From an uncultured Methanosarcinales archaeon (GTDB lineage: Archaea; Halobacteriota; Methanosarcinia; Methanosarcinales; Methanosarcinaceae), in NCBI GenBank assembly GCA_964498825.1, contig CAZCKG010000001.1, positions 1 through 52,331 on the forward strand: DNA of 52,331 bases. Direction: 5' to 3'. This document shows positions 29,505 through 39,303 of this stretch, one piece after another. Position numbers and translations under genes: made by a program. Positions within the stretch are counted from its first letter, which is position 1. Every line of letters begins with the position of its first letter. The notes beneath the pieces are model-generated. The model had not been told where the DNA came from and ran no database searches. It worked only from the letters and a program-made list of their open reading frames with translations.

Positions 29505-30251
29505 TTATCTAGACCTGAGAGCGCATGGTCCTGTCGCACATTTCCCACACGCATATTGATTACCAAGTTCAGGAAAAGCTTTTGCATTCTTCTGAAGTAG
29601 TTTGAAGCACTTTTCCTTATCAAGTCCTCTTGAATTAAGAGCATCGCCAGGACACCTATCCACACATACAAGGCATTTCTCTCCTTTTTTGTAACGGCAG
29701 AACTCCTCATTCAGGCGTGGAGTAGGCGGGATTTCGGCAGATATAAGGAGGGTTCCAAAACGGCCTGCACACCCTGCCTTAGTAATTAACATGTGGTGCA
29801 CTCCAAAAGTACCAAGTCCGGCAGCATAAGCCGCACTTTTGTGGGACCAGGAAACATCAAAGCCCTTATTATTATAATCAAAAATAATTTCAGGCACAAA
29901 TGTCGAGATTCCATTTTTTGCCAGCTCAGCTTTGAGTTTTTCATTGATATTTTCAATCAAACGGTCTGTCTCACCCTTAGCCTGAATCCATTCCTTCACC
30001 GGATCAGGGGATTTCCAGTTCAGTTTGACGAGTTCTTTTTCAAAAGGCAGGAAGAAAGACACTATAGTTTTTGCCTCGGGAAAGATCTCCTTAGGGTGCA
30101 TCTGATGCGGACCGATAATTATTTTCATTTCATTGAAGATAGGATCGTCAGCCGAAGCAAAACCAACAAGAGGTTCACGATATCTAGTATAAATATCGAG
30201 ATTTGAAGAGGCAGCTCTGATAATGCTCTCAATCTTATTTTTGAGTTCCAT
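29505..30251 (-). CDS. Epoxyqueuosine reductase (QueG)-like Fe-S protein
   Basis: WSHKSAAYAAGLG.FG, GCAGRFG, CxxCxxxCP, CGKC. Confidence 0.8.
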   Translation of the reverse strand: MELKNKIESIIRAASSNLDIYTRYREPLVGFASADDPIFNEMKIIIGPHQMHPKEIFPEAKTIVSFFLPFEKELVKLNWKSPDPVKEWIQAKGETDRLIENINEKLKAELAKNGISTFVPEIIFDYNNKGFDVSWSHKSAAYAAGLGTFGVHHMLITKAGCAGRFGTLLISAEIPPTPRLNEEFCRYKKGEKCLVCVDRCPGDALNSRGLDKEKCFKLLQKNAKAFPELGNQYACGKCATGPCALRSR

Positions 30252-30465
30252 AATGAGTTCTCCTGAGAATTCACATTTTTTAGATATATTAAATCGACTT
30301 AAATCTGTAATAAGATGAAGGCTTATGATGAAAGGGACTGCTGAAATAATGGTTACTCTTATGGCAATATTCGAATTACAGTTGCATTACTGCTTTCGAA
30401 AATGATTTATAAATTGAGAAAAATTGACAATACTCAGAGGAATGTAGAGTTTGCCTCCATTCCTC

Positions 30466-30939
30466 TTATACATTATTTTCTTCAAGTTTTAATAAAAATT
30501 CTTTTACATCCAGCCCACAAGCATAACCTGTAAGTTTCCCATTTGACCCTATGACCCTGTGGCAGGGAACGATTATCGCAATTGGGTTCCGATTATTTGC
30601 AAGTCCAACAGCCCTGTATGCTTTAGGGTTCCCGATAGATAGAGCTATATCTTTGTAAGTTCGGGTCTCTCCGTAAGGTATTTCGCACAAAGCTTTCCAG
30701 ACAGATTTCTGGAATTCTGTTCCTTCAGGAGATATCTTAATTTTAAAAGATTTGAGCTTCCCGGAAAAATAAGCTTCAAGTTGCCTGGCAGTTTCTATGA
30801 AAAATTCTTTGTTTTCTACCCAATCAGAAGGAATATCTATTTTTTTCTCACCCTTTAAGAAAAGGACGTTTTTTAGCCCTTCTTCATCTCCTGCCAGAAG
30901 AATAGGGCAGATTAGGGAGTCGATTATATGGTAATACAT
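30466..30939 (-). CDS. ogt: Methylated-DNA-protein-cysteine methyltransferase
   Basis: GTEFQKSVW, IPYGET, RAVG, PCHRV. Confidence 0.95.
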   Translation of the reverse strand: MYYHIIDSLICPILLAGDEEGLKNVLFLKGEKKIDIPSDWVENKEFFIETARQLEAYFSGKLKSFKIKISPEGTEFQKSVWKALCEIPYGETRTYKDIALSIGNPKAYRAVGLANNRNPIAIIVPCHRVIGSNGKLTGYACGLDVKEFLLKLEENNV

Positions 30940-31120
30940 TTTGTTTGTCTCCTGTAGCAGTTGCAAATAGTTGTGTCGTTTATGGTAGAAATTCTTATTT
31001 GATAGAAGAGCACAGAGTATTGACCTGACTGAAAGTTAAAAAGGGAGAGTTAAAAAGGGATAAAGGAGTGAGGTCATTTAAACCCCATACCCTTACAGAT
31101 ATTTACTTTAAATACTCAGT

Positions 31121-33193
31121 TCATTGTTCTTTATGTGCGCCGTCCCAGAAACCAGCAGGGTAAATATTCAGGACTTCTGCAGTAGAGTTAAGCTTCGATT
31201 TGTTTTTTTCTCTGTCCAGTTCATTCAATTCCTGAATCCTTAATTCCACGACATCCATGGCGTCTTCAAACAGCTGCCTGTTTATTTCGATCCCGAAGTA
31301 TTTCTTGAGCTTTTCTTCAGGCGGCATTGTTGAACCTGCCGAGAGATAGGCAATATAGTTTTTATTGAAGGTTTCCGGGTCCTCCTTATACTGTTTGAAG
31401 AGAGCAAGGGTTATTGCCTTTGAAACTGCATAATTAAAGGTGTAGTAGTTGTTAGTTAAGTAAATATGATTAATATATACCCATTCCGCTGAATCTTTAG
31501 CGGAATCTTCAATGTAATATTCAACCGAGTCACTTCTGTATTCTTTAGATAAGTTTGTCCAGATAGCATTGAGATTATCTCCACTGACTGTTCCATTTTC
31601 GGCACATAGCTGGTGAGCTTTATATTCAAATTCCGTAATCATAGGCTGCCTGGTAAAGTAATTCTGATAATCTGCTATTTGGTCAGAGAGTACCATAATT
31701 GCGGTGTCCCTATCAGAATTTTCGACCACGTGATCAACAAAGAGTTCTTCATTGAAAGTGGAAGGAACCTCAGCCTCATAGATCTGACCTGTGCAGTAGA
31801 GGTAATCCACAGAGTTGCCCATTAGGTAGAAATGATTTCCGTGCCCAATTTCGTGAGTAAGGGTTTTTTGATCCTTGACAAGACCATTATAGTTGATAAA
31901 GATCAGAGCCGGAGCCTTTAATGCACAAAGTTCATAACAATAACCACCTGGTTGTTTTCCATGCTCGGGGTCAGGATATACATCTATGAAATTACCGGTT
32001 ACTGTCTTTAAAAAGATTTCATTGAAAATGGGGTCCATTCTGGAATAGGATTTCTGGATCTCCTGCAAAGATTCTACATAAGTAAAGTTTTCGCCAGGTT
32101 GATCTGTTGACTGCAGCATCAGGTCGTATGGCCTGAGCTTTTCAACTCCAAGTTTGTTTCTCCTGAAATCGTTATAGTCTTCAAACACATCTTTTCTTTC
32201 TTTGAAAACCATATTCATCTCATCAATCTGAGTACGGTTAAGATAGAGACCATACAATGTGCAATCATAGAAGTCCGTGTAATTTAGCTGCGTGGCAACA
32301 AGATCATCAATCTGGGCTTTTCTGGAATAGAGAGATGCCATGGAGTCGGACTCGTTTTTCAGGTGGTAAAACCTTTTCTCATAACATTTTTTTCTGTTTT
32401 CCCTATTCGGATCTTTTGAAAGTAGAATGAAATAGGACTGGGAATTGACCGAATATTCCTCTCCATTCTCAAGCGTTATATTTCCTGCCATTGTGACGTT
32501 ATTAGTAATTTCTGATAACGCCTCAGTCTCCAGCTTCATGCGCTGATTTTCGAGATCAGCAAGATATGCAGCCTGGGATTCATTTATTGCCCTGTGTTCT
32601 GCAAATCTCATATACCTGGCTTCAAGATAAGGTCTATATGCCTCAAGCCTGGGTTCTTCAGAAAAGAGTCTATCCCATTCCTCTTTACTGAGAGAGGTCA
32701 GCTTTATGGTCGTAAATGAATTAGCTTTCGAATATGCGGTAAAAAGATCCTGAGAATCTGTAAGAAGAGACGCAAAGAATTGATCATTCACATTTTTACT
32801 GAGCTGAGTATAGGCATAAATATACAGAACTGTAATAGATTTTGAAAACTCCTTTTCATTTTCCAGGAAATCCAGTAAAACAGGTCCAGACAAGTTTTCA
32901 AATTTCGGACGGAAAGTTTTGTTCATTTCTTCGGATCTATTTTTTAATTCCTCCAGTTCTTCTAAGGCATCTTCCCTACTGCTGAAGAGATATGAATCTT
33001 TCCATTCCGTCGTAACGTTATCGGGATTAAGTTCTTCAAACGTGCATCCTTCACATATAAATTCAGAAGGATTCGCTACTTCTGCAGAAGCATTGCATTC
33101 GGAAAAAACAGCAAAGAACAGTAATATTCCGATAGTAATGAGCCCTTTTACTATTCCGAGAGTAATTAACCCTTTAACTGATTTTCGTCTCAT
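31121..33193 (-). CDS. M3B (oligoendopeptidase F-like) peptidase with signal peptide
   Basis: HEIGH, AEVPSTFNE, HIY...YYTFNYA, basic plus hydrophobic N-terminus with ASA site. Confidence 0.88.
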   Translation of the reverse strand: MRRKSVKGLITLGIVKGLITIGILLFFAVFSECNASAEVANPSEFICEGCTFEELNPDNVTTEWKDSYLFSSREDALEELEELKNRSEEMNKTFRPKFENLSGPVLLDFLENEKEFSKSITVLYIYAYTQLSKNVNDQFFASLLTDSQDLFTAYSKANSFTTIKLTSLSKEEWDRLFSEEPRLEAYRPYLEARYMRFAEHRAINESQAAYLADLENQRMKLETEALSEITNNVTMAGNITLENGEEYSVNSQSYFILLSKDPNRENRKKCYEKRFYHLKNESDSMASLYSRKAQIDDLVATQLNYTDFYDCTLYGLYLNRTQIDEMNMVFKERKDVFEDYNDFRRNKLGVEKLRPYDLMLQSTDQPGENFTYVESLQEIQKSYSRMDPIFNEIFLKTVTGNFIDVYPDPEHGKQPGGYCYELCALKAPALIFINYNGLVKDQKTLTHEIGHGNHFYLMGNSVDYLYCTGQIYEAEVPSTFNEELFVDHVVENSDRDTAIMVLSDQIADYQNYFTRQPMITEFEYKAHQLCAENGTVSGDNLNAIWTNLSKEYRSDSVEYYIEDSAKDSAEWVYINHIYLTNNYYTFNYAVSKAITLALFKQYKEDPETFNKNYIAYLSAGSTMPPEEKLKKYFGIEINRQLFEDAMDVVELRIQELNELDREKNKSKLNSTAEVLNIYPAGFWDGAHKEQ

Positions 33194-33536
33194 AAAACCT
33201 CTACCCTTCCAAGAATTTCAATTATCCATCTAGATATAGTATGAAACTTCCCAACGCTTTAAGAAATTATAGAAAATGACTTTCGATATTTTTAAAACAA
33301 TGATGTAAAAATCTATCGATTTTAAACTGTCGAAAATGGACAAGTGAAACCGCAGGAAAATACGAAAAGTGCCTTGAATGAAATGGAATGAAGAAAAAGA
33401 TAAAATAGAAAGTATTTGAGTAAAAGAAAGTGAAAATAAACAATTCCTGAGTGAAAAAGTAATAACAAAATAAAATAACCAAAAAAAGGGGAAACAAGTA
33501 AAGTCCGAAGACCTTACTCTGCTAGTTTATACCTGC

Positions 33537-34823
33537 TTATTTTGCAAGGTTGTAGTTCTGGTTGACGATCTTCAGAGCGCAGTAGTTACCGCACATTGTA
33601 CAGGCATCGGTGTCTTCAGGTGCCCTGCTGGCCCTGACTTCTCTTGCATGCTGTGGGTCAATTGCAAGGGAGTACATCTTTTCCCAGTCAAGTTCTCTTC
33701 TTGCCCTGCCCATCGCGAGGTCCTGTTCTCTTGCTCTGTCAGGGTACTTTACCATGTCACCTACGTGAGCTGCAATCCTGGAGGTCTTGACACCAGTGAT
33801 CACATCTTCGAGGTTTGGAAGGGCAAGGTGTTCTGCAGGAGTCACGTAGCAGAGGAAGTCACAGCCGTATGATGCAGATACGGATGCTCCGATTGCGGTT
33901 ACGATGTGGTCATAGCCGGGTGCAATGTCAGTTACAAGTGGGCCGAGCATGTAGAAGGGTTTGTGGCCGCTCATTTCCTTCATGAGTTTCACGTTGGTTG
34001 CGATCTGGTCGAGTGGAACGTGACCTGGACCTTCGACAATAACCTGTAAGCCCTGCTTGTGTGCTTTGTCGGCCAGTTCGGCATTGATGATGAGTTCCTG
34101 GATCTGGGCACGGTCAGTTGCGTCGTGAACTGCACCTGCACGCATTCCGTTTCCTGTAGAAAGTACAACTTCGTGTTCCTTGAGAATTTCAACAAGGTAA
34201 TCAAAGTTGGCATAGAGCGGGTTTTCTTTTTCGTTGTGGAGCATCCAGGAAGTCATGAAGGCACCACCACGGGAACAGAGACCGCCATACCTGCCGTGGG
34301 CTTTGAGTCTGTCCATGGTTATGTTGTTGATTCCTGTGTGAATTGCCATGAAGTTGGTTCCGAGCTTTGCCTGGTCTTCGGTTGCCTTGAAGAGCTCTTC
34401 TTCAGTCATGTGCACAATTGAACCGTACTTCCTTGCAGCTTCAATAAAAGCCTGGTAAAGAGGCACTGAACCTACAGAGAGGGAGATACTGTCAATGACT
34501 TTTTTCCTGATTGCAAGGAAATCTCCACCGGTTCCGAGTTCCATAAGAGTGTCTGCACCTGCTTTTTCGGCTGCAATTGCCTTTTTGACCTCCATATCTG
34601 AATCAACGATATCTGAGGATACACCGATGGATGCGTTGACCTTGGTCCTGAGTCCTTCCCCAATACCACAGAGCTTTACCTGCCTGTAAGGAGAGGTTGG
34701 GATAACGATTCTGCCGGCTGCAACACCACGGCGGACAAATTCAGGGTCGAGTCCTTCATCCTTTGCAACAATCTTCATTTCTTCGGTGATTATTCCTTTT
34801 TGAGCATCTTCCACAATTGTCAT
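33537..34823 (-). CDS. thiC: ThiC-family radical SAM enzyme, BzaB/BzaF-like (possible 5-hydroxybenzimidazole synthase)
   Basis: KVNASIG, EGPGHVP, YVTPAEHL, CTMCGNYC; ADTLMEL and PLYQAF..AARKYG. Confidence 0.85.
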   Translation of the reverse strand: MTIVEDAQKGIITEEMKIVAKDEGLDPEFVRRGVAAGRIVIPTSPYRQVKLCGIGEGLRTKVNASIGVSSDIVDSDMEVKKAIAAEKAGADTLMELGTGGDFLAIRKKVIDSISLSVGSVPLYQAFIEAARKYGSIVHMTEEELFKATEDQAKLGTNFMAIHTGINNITMDRLKAHGRYGGLCSRGGAFMTSWMLHNEKENPLYANFDYLVEILKEHEVVLSTGNGMRAGAVHDATDRAQIQELIINAELADKAHKQGLQVIVEGPGHVPLDQIATNVKLMKEMSGHKPFYMLGPLVTDIAPGYDHIVTAIGASVSASYGCDFLCYVTPAEHLALPNLEDVITGVKTSRIAAHVGDMVKYPDRAREQDLAMGRARRELDWEKMYSLAIDPQHAREVRASRAPEDTDACTMCGNYCALKIVNQNYNLAK

Positions 34824-35261
34824 CTTTAGTACCTCAATTTTTCATTTGGCTGTAAAATTCGAATGTAAGAGTCATATGTAAGTAAAGGGATTATGAGTTA
34901 GAACATAAAGGCTTTTAATTATATATAATACTTATTAAAAAACTAACTTTAACCCAACTCAAATTTACTTTACTTCAATGTCAAAGAGTATCGAAAATTA
35001 TAAGAGCCCAGATTAAAATAAATTTTTTATAAAGAAATGAAAAATTGCACGGAGTTAAAAACAAGTAAAGTTGAGTTATACCAAAAATATAGAACAAAAA
35101 TAAACAAAGAGGAAAATAGTCAAACCCTAATAAAAATCAAATAAAAAACGGAAAAGTGTAGAATTGGAACTGAAAACTTGAAAAATATTAGCCCAGAAAT
35201 AAGTAGAGATTTCCAGCTTAAGGAAAACTTTATAATGTATACTTTTCTTTGTTTTTCCGAA

Positions 35262-36167
35262 TTATTTTTTTTCCTGAATTAATCTGACTGTTTGCTTATG
35301 CAGAGTTACTATAAGGTCGCTGAGCATCCCAAAGATAAACATCTGCAAACCGAAGATGATTAACAGAGTTGTAAGAATAGAAAGTGGAATATGTGTAATT
35401 TCCCTAAACCACTCAATGACAACATAAGTTCCGGTAATCAGACCTGACAGGACAAAAATGGAACCTATTATTCCGAAATAGAACATTGGATTATGAACCT
35501 TTGCAAGCATGTAAATGGTAGATCCGATTCTTAATCCGTCTTTTACCGGGTTTAGCTTGGTTGCGCCTTTTTCACTCCTTGGGAGATATGTAATAGGAAC
35601 TTCTTCAACTCTCTGTTCTTTCAGGATACATTCCACAGAGATCTCAGTCTCGATTTCGAAACCTGTCTTGTTTAGTTCTAACTCTTTTATGCTCTGCAGA
35701 GTAAAAGCCCTGTAACCCGAGAGAATATCTTTCAAATGTACTCCATAAGCAATGTCAAAAAGCATGTTTATTAAACGATTACCCACAAGGTTAAGCTTTG
35801 TAAAAGCTCCTTTAGAATAGTTCTGAAGTCGATTACCTATAACATGATCGGCTCTGCCTTCCAGAATAGGTTCGAGAAGAGAAGGAGCATCTCTGGCAAG
35901 ATATGTTCCATCCCCATCAACCATTATTACATAAGAGCTTTCTATGAGTCCGAAGGCCTGGATCATGGCCTGTCCTTTACCCCTTCCTGTCTGCATAACA
36001 ACTTTTGCGCCTTCGGCTTCCGCAATTTTTCCTGTGTCATCCCTGCTGTTACCATCAATCACAAGAATATTAAAAAAGCCTTCTTCCCTGAAATCTTTGA
36101 TAAGCTGCCCTATTGTTGAAGCTTCGTTCAGAGTGGGAATAAGAATGCAAACTTCTGCGTTGTTCAC
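35262..36167 (-). CDS. aglJ: GT2 glycosyltransferase, AglJ-like (dolichol-phosphate glycosylation)
   Basis: IPTLNE, DGNSRD, DGDGTY, DILSGYRAF, FEIETE, two C-terminal TM helices. Confidence 0.78.
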   Translation of the reverse strand: MNNAEVCILIPTLNEASTIGQLIKDFREEGFFNILVIDGNSRDDTGKIAEAEGAKVVMQTGRGKGQAMIQAFGLIESSYVIMVDGDGTYLARDAPSLLEPILEGRADHVIGNRLQNYSKGAFTKLNLVGNRLINMLFDIAYGVHLKDILSGYRAFTLQSIKELELNKTGFEIETEISVECILKEQRVEEVPITYLPRSEKGATKLNPVKDGLRIGSTIYMLAKVHNPMFYFGIIGSIFVLSGLITGTYVVIEWFREITHIPLSILTTLLIIFGLQMFIFGMLSDLIVTLHKQTVRLIQEKK

Positions 36168-36305
36168 GTTTCACACATATCCTTTATCGGAACCTCTACG
36201 CGTATCGCAGAATCCGTTTTATAACAATATTATTTTAGTCTTCTGTTCCGTAAGAATAGAATCTTAAAGGGCATATATTAATGTACAAATGTACACGACG
36301 AGGTC

Positions 36306-36857
36306 TTATAATAGCCCCATATTGTCAAGCTGCTGGCGGACGACTTCGACACCTCTCTCGCAATCTTCGGGAGATTTGCCGCCTGTTACTACCAGTTTTC
36401 CGGAACTGAAAATAAGAACCACTACTTTTGGTTCATCTATCCTGTATACAAGGCCCGGAAACTGTTCGGGCTCGTATTCGATATTTTCAAGTCCAAGTCC
36501 GATTGCAATTGCATTGAGGTTCAGGATAGTATGAAGGTCTGCTGAAGCAACAATATTCTGGACAGTAATTACAGGATCTTCTAAGGTCTTGATTCCTATA
36601 CTGTTTAATTTTTTTGCCATGTTGCCTATAACTGTATGTACGTCGTTAACATTTTTTGCACCTGTACAGACAACCTTTCCGGAAGTAAAGACAAGGAATG
36701 CAGCTTTAGGGTCCGAAACCCTATAAACGAGTCCGGGGAACTTCTGCTTGTTGTATTCAGCTCCTTCGAACTCGGATTCGATGACAGTTAAGTCGAACTC
36801 TTCAGCGAGCTTGGTGGATGCGACCACGTTTTCGATCTTGATGCTAGATTCGCTCAT
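36306..36857 (-). CDS. tbp: TATA-box-binding protein
   Basis: Two repeats NVVAS/NIVAS, FPGLVYR, F(T/S)SGK. Confidence 0.98.
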   Translation of the reverse strand: MSESSIKIENVVASTKLAEEFDLTVIESEFEGAEYNKQKFPGLVYRVSDPKAAFLVFTSGKVVCTGAKNVNDVHTVIGNMAKKLNSIGIKTLEDPVITVQNIVASADLHTILNLNAIAIGLGLENIEYEPEQFPGLVYRIDEPKVVVLIFSSGKLVVTGGKSPEDCERGVEVVRQQLDNMGLL

Positions 36858-36871
36858 TAGTCAACCCTCAG

Positions 36872-36954
36872 TATATAAAGCAAAAGTAATATCCTCTAAC
36901 CGGTATATAAAGGTATAGTTAAATACTCCGCATACTATATAAATGCTTTATATA
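36872..36954 (-). promoter_or_regulatory. Array of TATA boxes upstream of tbp
   Basis: TTTATATA on the minus strand at 36872, 36904 and 36936; opposite-strand copy at 36947. Confidence 0.8.
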
Positions 36955-37050
36955 GCGAATATAAACGGGACAGAAAAACTTAAATTTAAGGCGCCAGTGG
37001 TTCAAAAAAAATTAAGGAGGAAAAGGCAGCCGTTTGGGATTTCAGATGCC

Positions 37051-38166
37051 TCATTCTTCAAATTTTTTCAGACCTTCAAGAAGCGACTCGTATTTTTTAC
37101 AGACTCTATCCAGAAGATCCCCTTCTATACTGCGGTGAGTGGGGATCAGAATTTCAGCCCCGTTTCCGATTTTAATCCCGCTCTTTAAATTTCCATAATC
37201 CGGAGCAACAAGAACACCATCTGCCGAAATCCCAAGGGAAAGATCTTGTACGATTTTTGAAACCATCTCAGTTGCAGGTTTTACCCTGGTCTTAATCAGA
37301 ACAGAGGAAGAAACATACTTTTCTCTGGTCTCTCGAATCTTCTGGGTAGTGTCTTCAATTATTTTAGGGTTAATATCATGAGGAAGTTCTTCGGCGAGTA
37401 AAGAGACCGCCTCTATCAGGTCTTCAAAAGTTGTTGAATGAACCTCAAGGATTTCCCCATCACAATATTGCCTTACGGTATCCGAATATCCTGCCGAAAC
37501 CACCAGCACGTCCGCCTCAAGTAAAAGGGAGATCTCTTCCTTTGAAGGTGAATAGGCGTTAGCTACAAAGTAATCCTTAATCCCGCACATACCCATAAGA
37601 GATTCGTACATGGGTGTTACAGCAATTGTCTTCTTTCCAATCCACAGGTTGATTTCACTTTGCCCTCCCTGAGATCTCAGAAGTTCGAGGATTTTCTCTT
37701 TTATAGCCTTAGGATCGTTTTTCTGAAGCCCGAAATAATCCGCAAAGAGAGAAGTTGTGGAGAGCTGTCTACTTCTTCCACATGGTACGGACTCTACAAA
37801 ACCCCGCTCTATAAGTTCCTTTATATGATCATAAGCTCCACTGCCCCTCATATCAATAAGGTCTGACTGCAGGAGGGGCTGGTGATAGGCAATCATGGAA
37901 AGAGTACGGAGTTTTGGAGCAGAGAGCTCTTTTGGGGCTACCTCTCTCATGAGTTCGGAATATTCGGGCTTGACCTGCATGACATAACGCTCTCCAAGGT
38001 CAAGAATCTCCAGGCCTGACTTTCGTGAAGAGTAAGCTTCCATCAGTTCCTGTACTGCCGAAAGGACGGTTTTTTTAGGTTTTCCAGTTATTTTTGCAAG
38101 CTTCTCGAGACTTACTGCCCTGCCAGCAGCAAAAAGAGCCGCTTCGATGACTTCAAGCTCACTCAT
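37051..38166 (-). CDS. scpB: SMC complex subunit ScpB with long C-terminal extension
   Basis: IEAALFA, LRTLSMIAYHQP, TTSLFADYFGL; downstream of scpA. Confidence 0.92.
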   Translation of the reverse strand: MSELEVIEAALFAAGRAVSLEKLAKITGKPKKTVLSAVQELMEAYSSRKSGLEILDLGERYVMQVKPEYSELMREVAPKELSAPKLRTLSMIAYHQPLLQSDLIDMRGSGAYDHIKELIERGFVESVPCGRSRQLSTTSLFADYFGLQKNDPKAIKEKILELLRSQGGQSEINLWIGKKTIAVTPMYESLMGMCGIKDYFVANAYSPSKEEISLLLEADVLVVSAGYSDTVRQYCDGEILEVHSTTFEDLIEAVSLLAEELPHDINPKIIEDTTQKIRETREKYVSSSVLIKTRVKPATEMVSKIVQDLSLGISADGVLVAPDYGNLKSGIKIGNGAEILIPTHRSIEGDLLDRVCKKYESLLEGLKKFEE

Positions 38167-38259
38167 TGTTTTCACATCCAAAAAAAGAACAAAAATTACT
38201 ATTTAATAAGACTATTGTTAATCAGGTGAATTAAATAAAGTAAATTTGGACTGCGGGCT

Positions 38260-39303
38260 TCAATTAAAAGATATTGTCTCAAGTATTGTCTCTTCATACT
38301 CTTCGTCCGGCCTCTCATCCAGAGAGGTTTCACAAGCAAAACATGGTTCTGGAGAACTCATAATATGAAGTTCTGAAACTTCACTTTCTGACTCCCACTT
38401 CACCTCATGAAAGACAGGAGGATTATTATCGGTGGAGAATCCGGAGTCCTCTCCCGGATATATATGCAGCTCTCCGAAAAGTTCATTCTGGAAGAGCCAG
38501 ACCTTCCTGTTTGAAGCCAGAAAGAGCAGGGAGAGATAGTCCATAATCCTGTCTTCGCTTGTCTCCAGGAAGCTGGAAAAAACAACTACATTATCTGTCA
38601 TAAACAGTTCAGAAAGCCTTTCCCACATAAGTATCAGCCGGGAGCCGATAGCTTCATCATGCGCAATACCAAGAACATCACCTGTAGTGAGCTGAGGGCT
38701 CTCAAAGAGATGATGCTCTTCTGCAACCTGACGAACCTTTTTTTCATTTTTTCTGGAAAGAATTTTTTCGGCTTTTTTAAGCTCAAGAATTAACTCATTG
38801 AGAGTGACAGGCCTTGTAGAGACACGGCGTACCGGAAGCTTAGGGATAGGAAACTCATCAGGTTCAGGAAGATTGAGTTCATCGAGAAAATCGGAATCAT
38901 AAGAATCGGTTTCTTCCTCTTCTACCTCAAGGATTACCGATGATTTCATGCGAAGGAGAATAGCAGAATAAAGGAGTGTTCTGGAAGAGATCCTGAGATC
39001 CATTTTCTGGAGTTCTTCTATTCTCCCCAGGAAACTGTCAGTGAGCTGTACAATATCGATATCCCAGGGATTGATTTTTCCACTCTGGGAAAGCTCAACC
39101 AGTATACCAAGGGGTTCATAGGTATCAAACTCAGAAATATCAAGCTGATTCCAGTCAATTCCAAGGCATGAAAGAGTTTTTGGGAGTCCGAAGGTCTCAG
39201 GATCTGAAAAAAGAGAGTTATTTTCCTCTGATTCCTGAACATTATGAACTGAAAGCCTGGGAACTTCCAGAGCCATTCCCGAGTTATCCATAAGTTCAGC
39301 CAT
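38260..39303 (-). CDS. scpA: Kleisin ScpA
   Basis: GKINPWDIDIV, AILLRMKS, RPVTLNELI, YLSLLFL. Confidence 0.93.
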   Translation of the reverse strand: MAELMDNSGMALEVPRLSVHNVQESEENNSLFSDPETFGLPKTLSCLGIDWNQLDISEFDTYEPLGILVELSQSGKINPWDIDIVQLTDSFLGRIEELQKMDLRISSRTLLYSAILLRMKSSVILEVEEEETDSYDSDFLDELNLPEPDEFPIPKLPVRRVSTRPVTLNELILELKKAEKILSRKNEKKVRQVAEEHHLFESPQLTTGDVLGIAHDEAIGSRLILMWERLSELFMTDNVVVFSSFLETSEDRIMDYLSLLFLASNRKVWLFQNELFGELHIYPGEDSGFSTDNNPPVFHEVKWESESEVSELHIMSSPEPCFACETSLDERPDEEYEETILETISFN

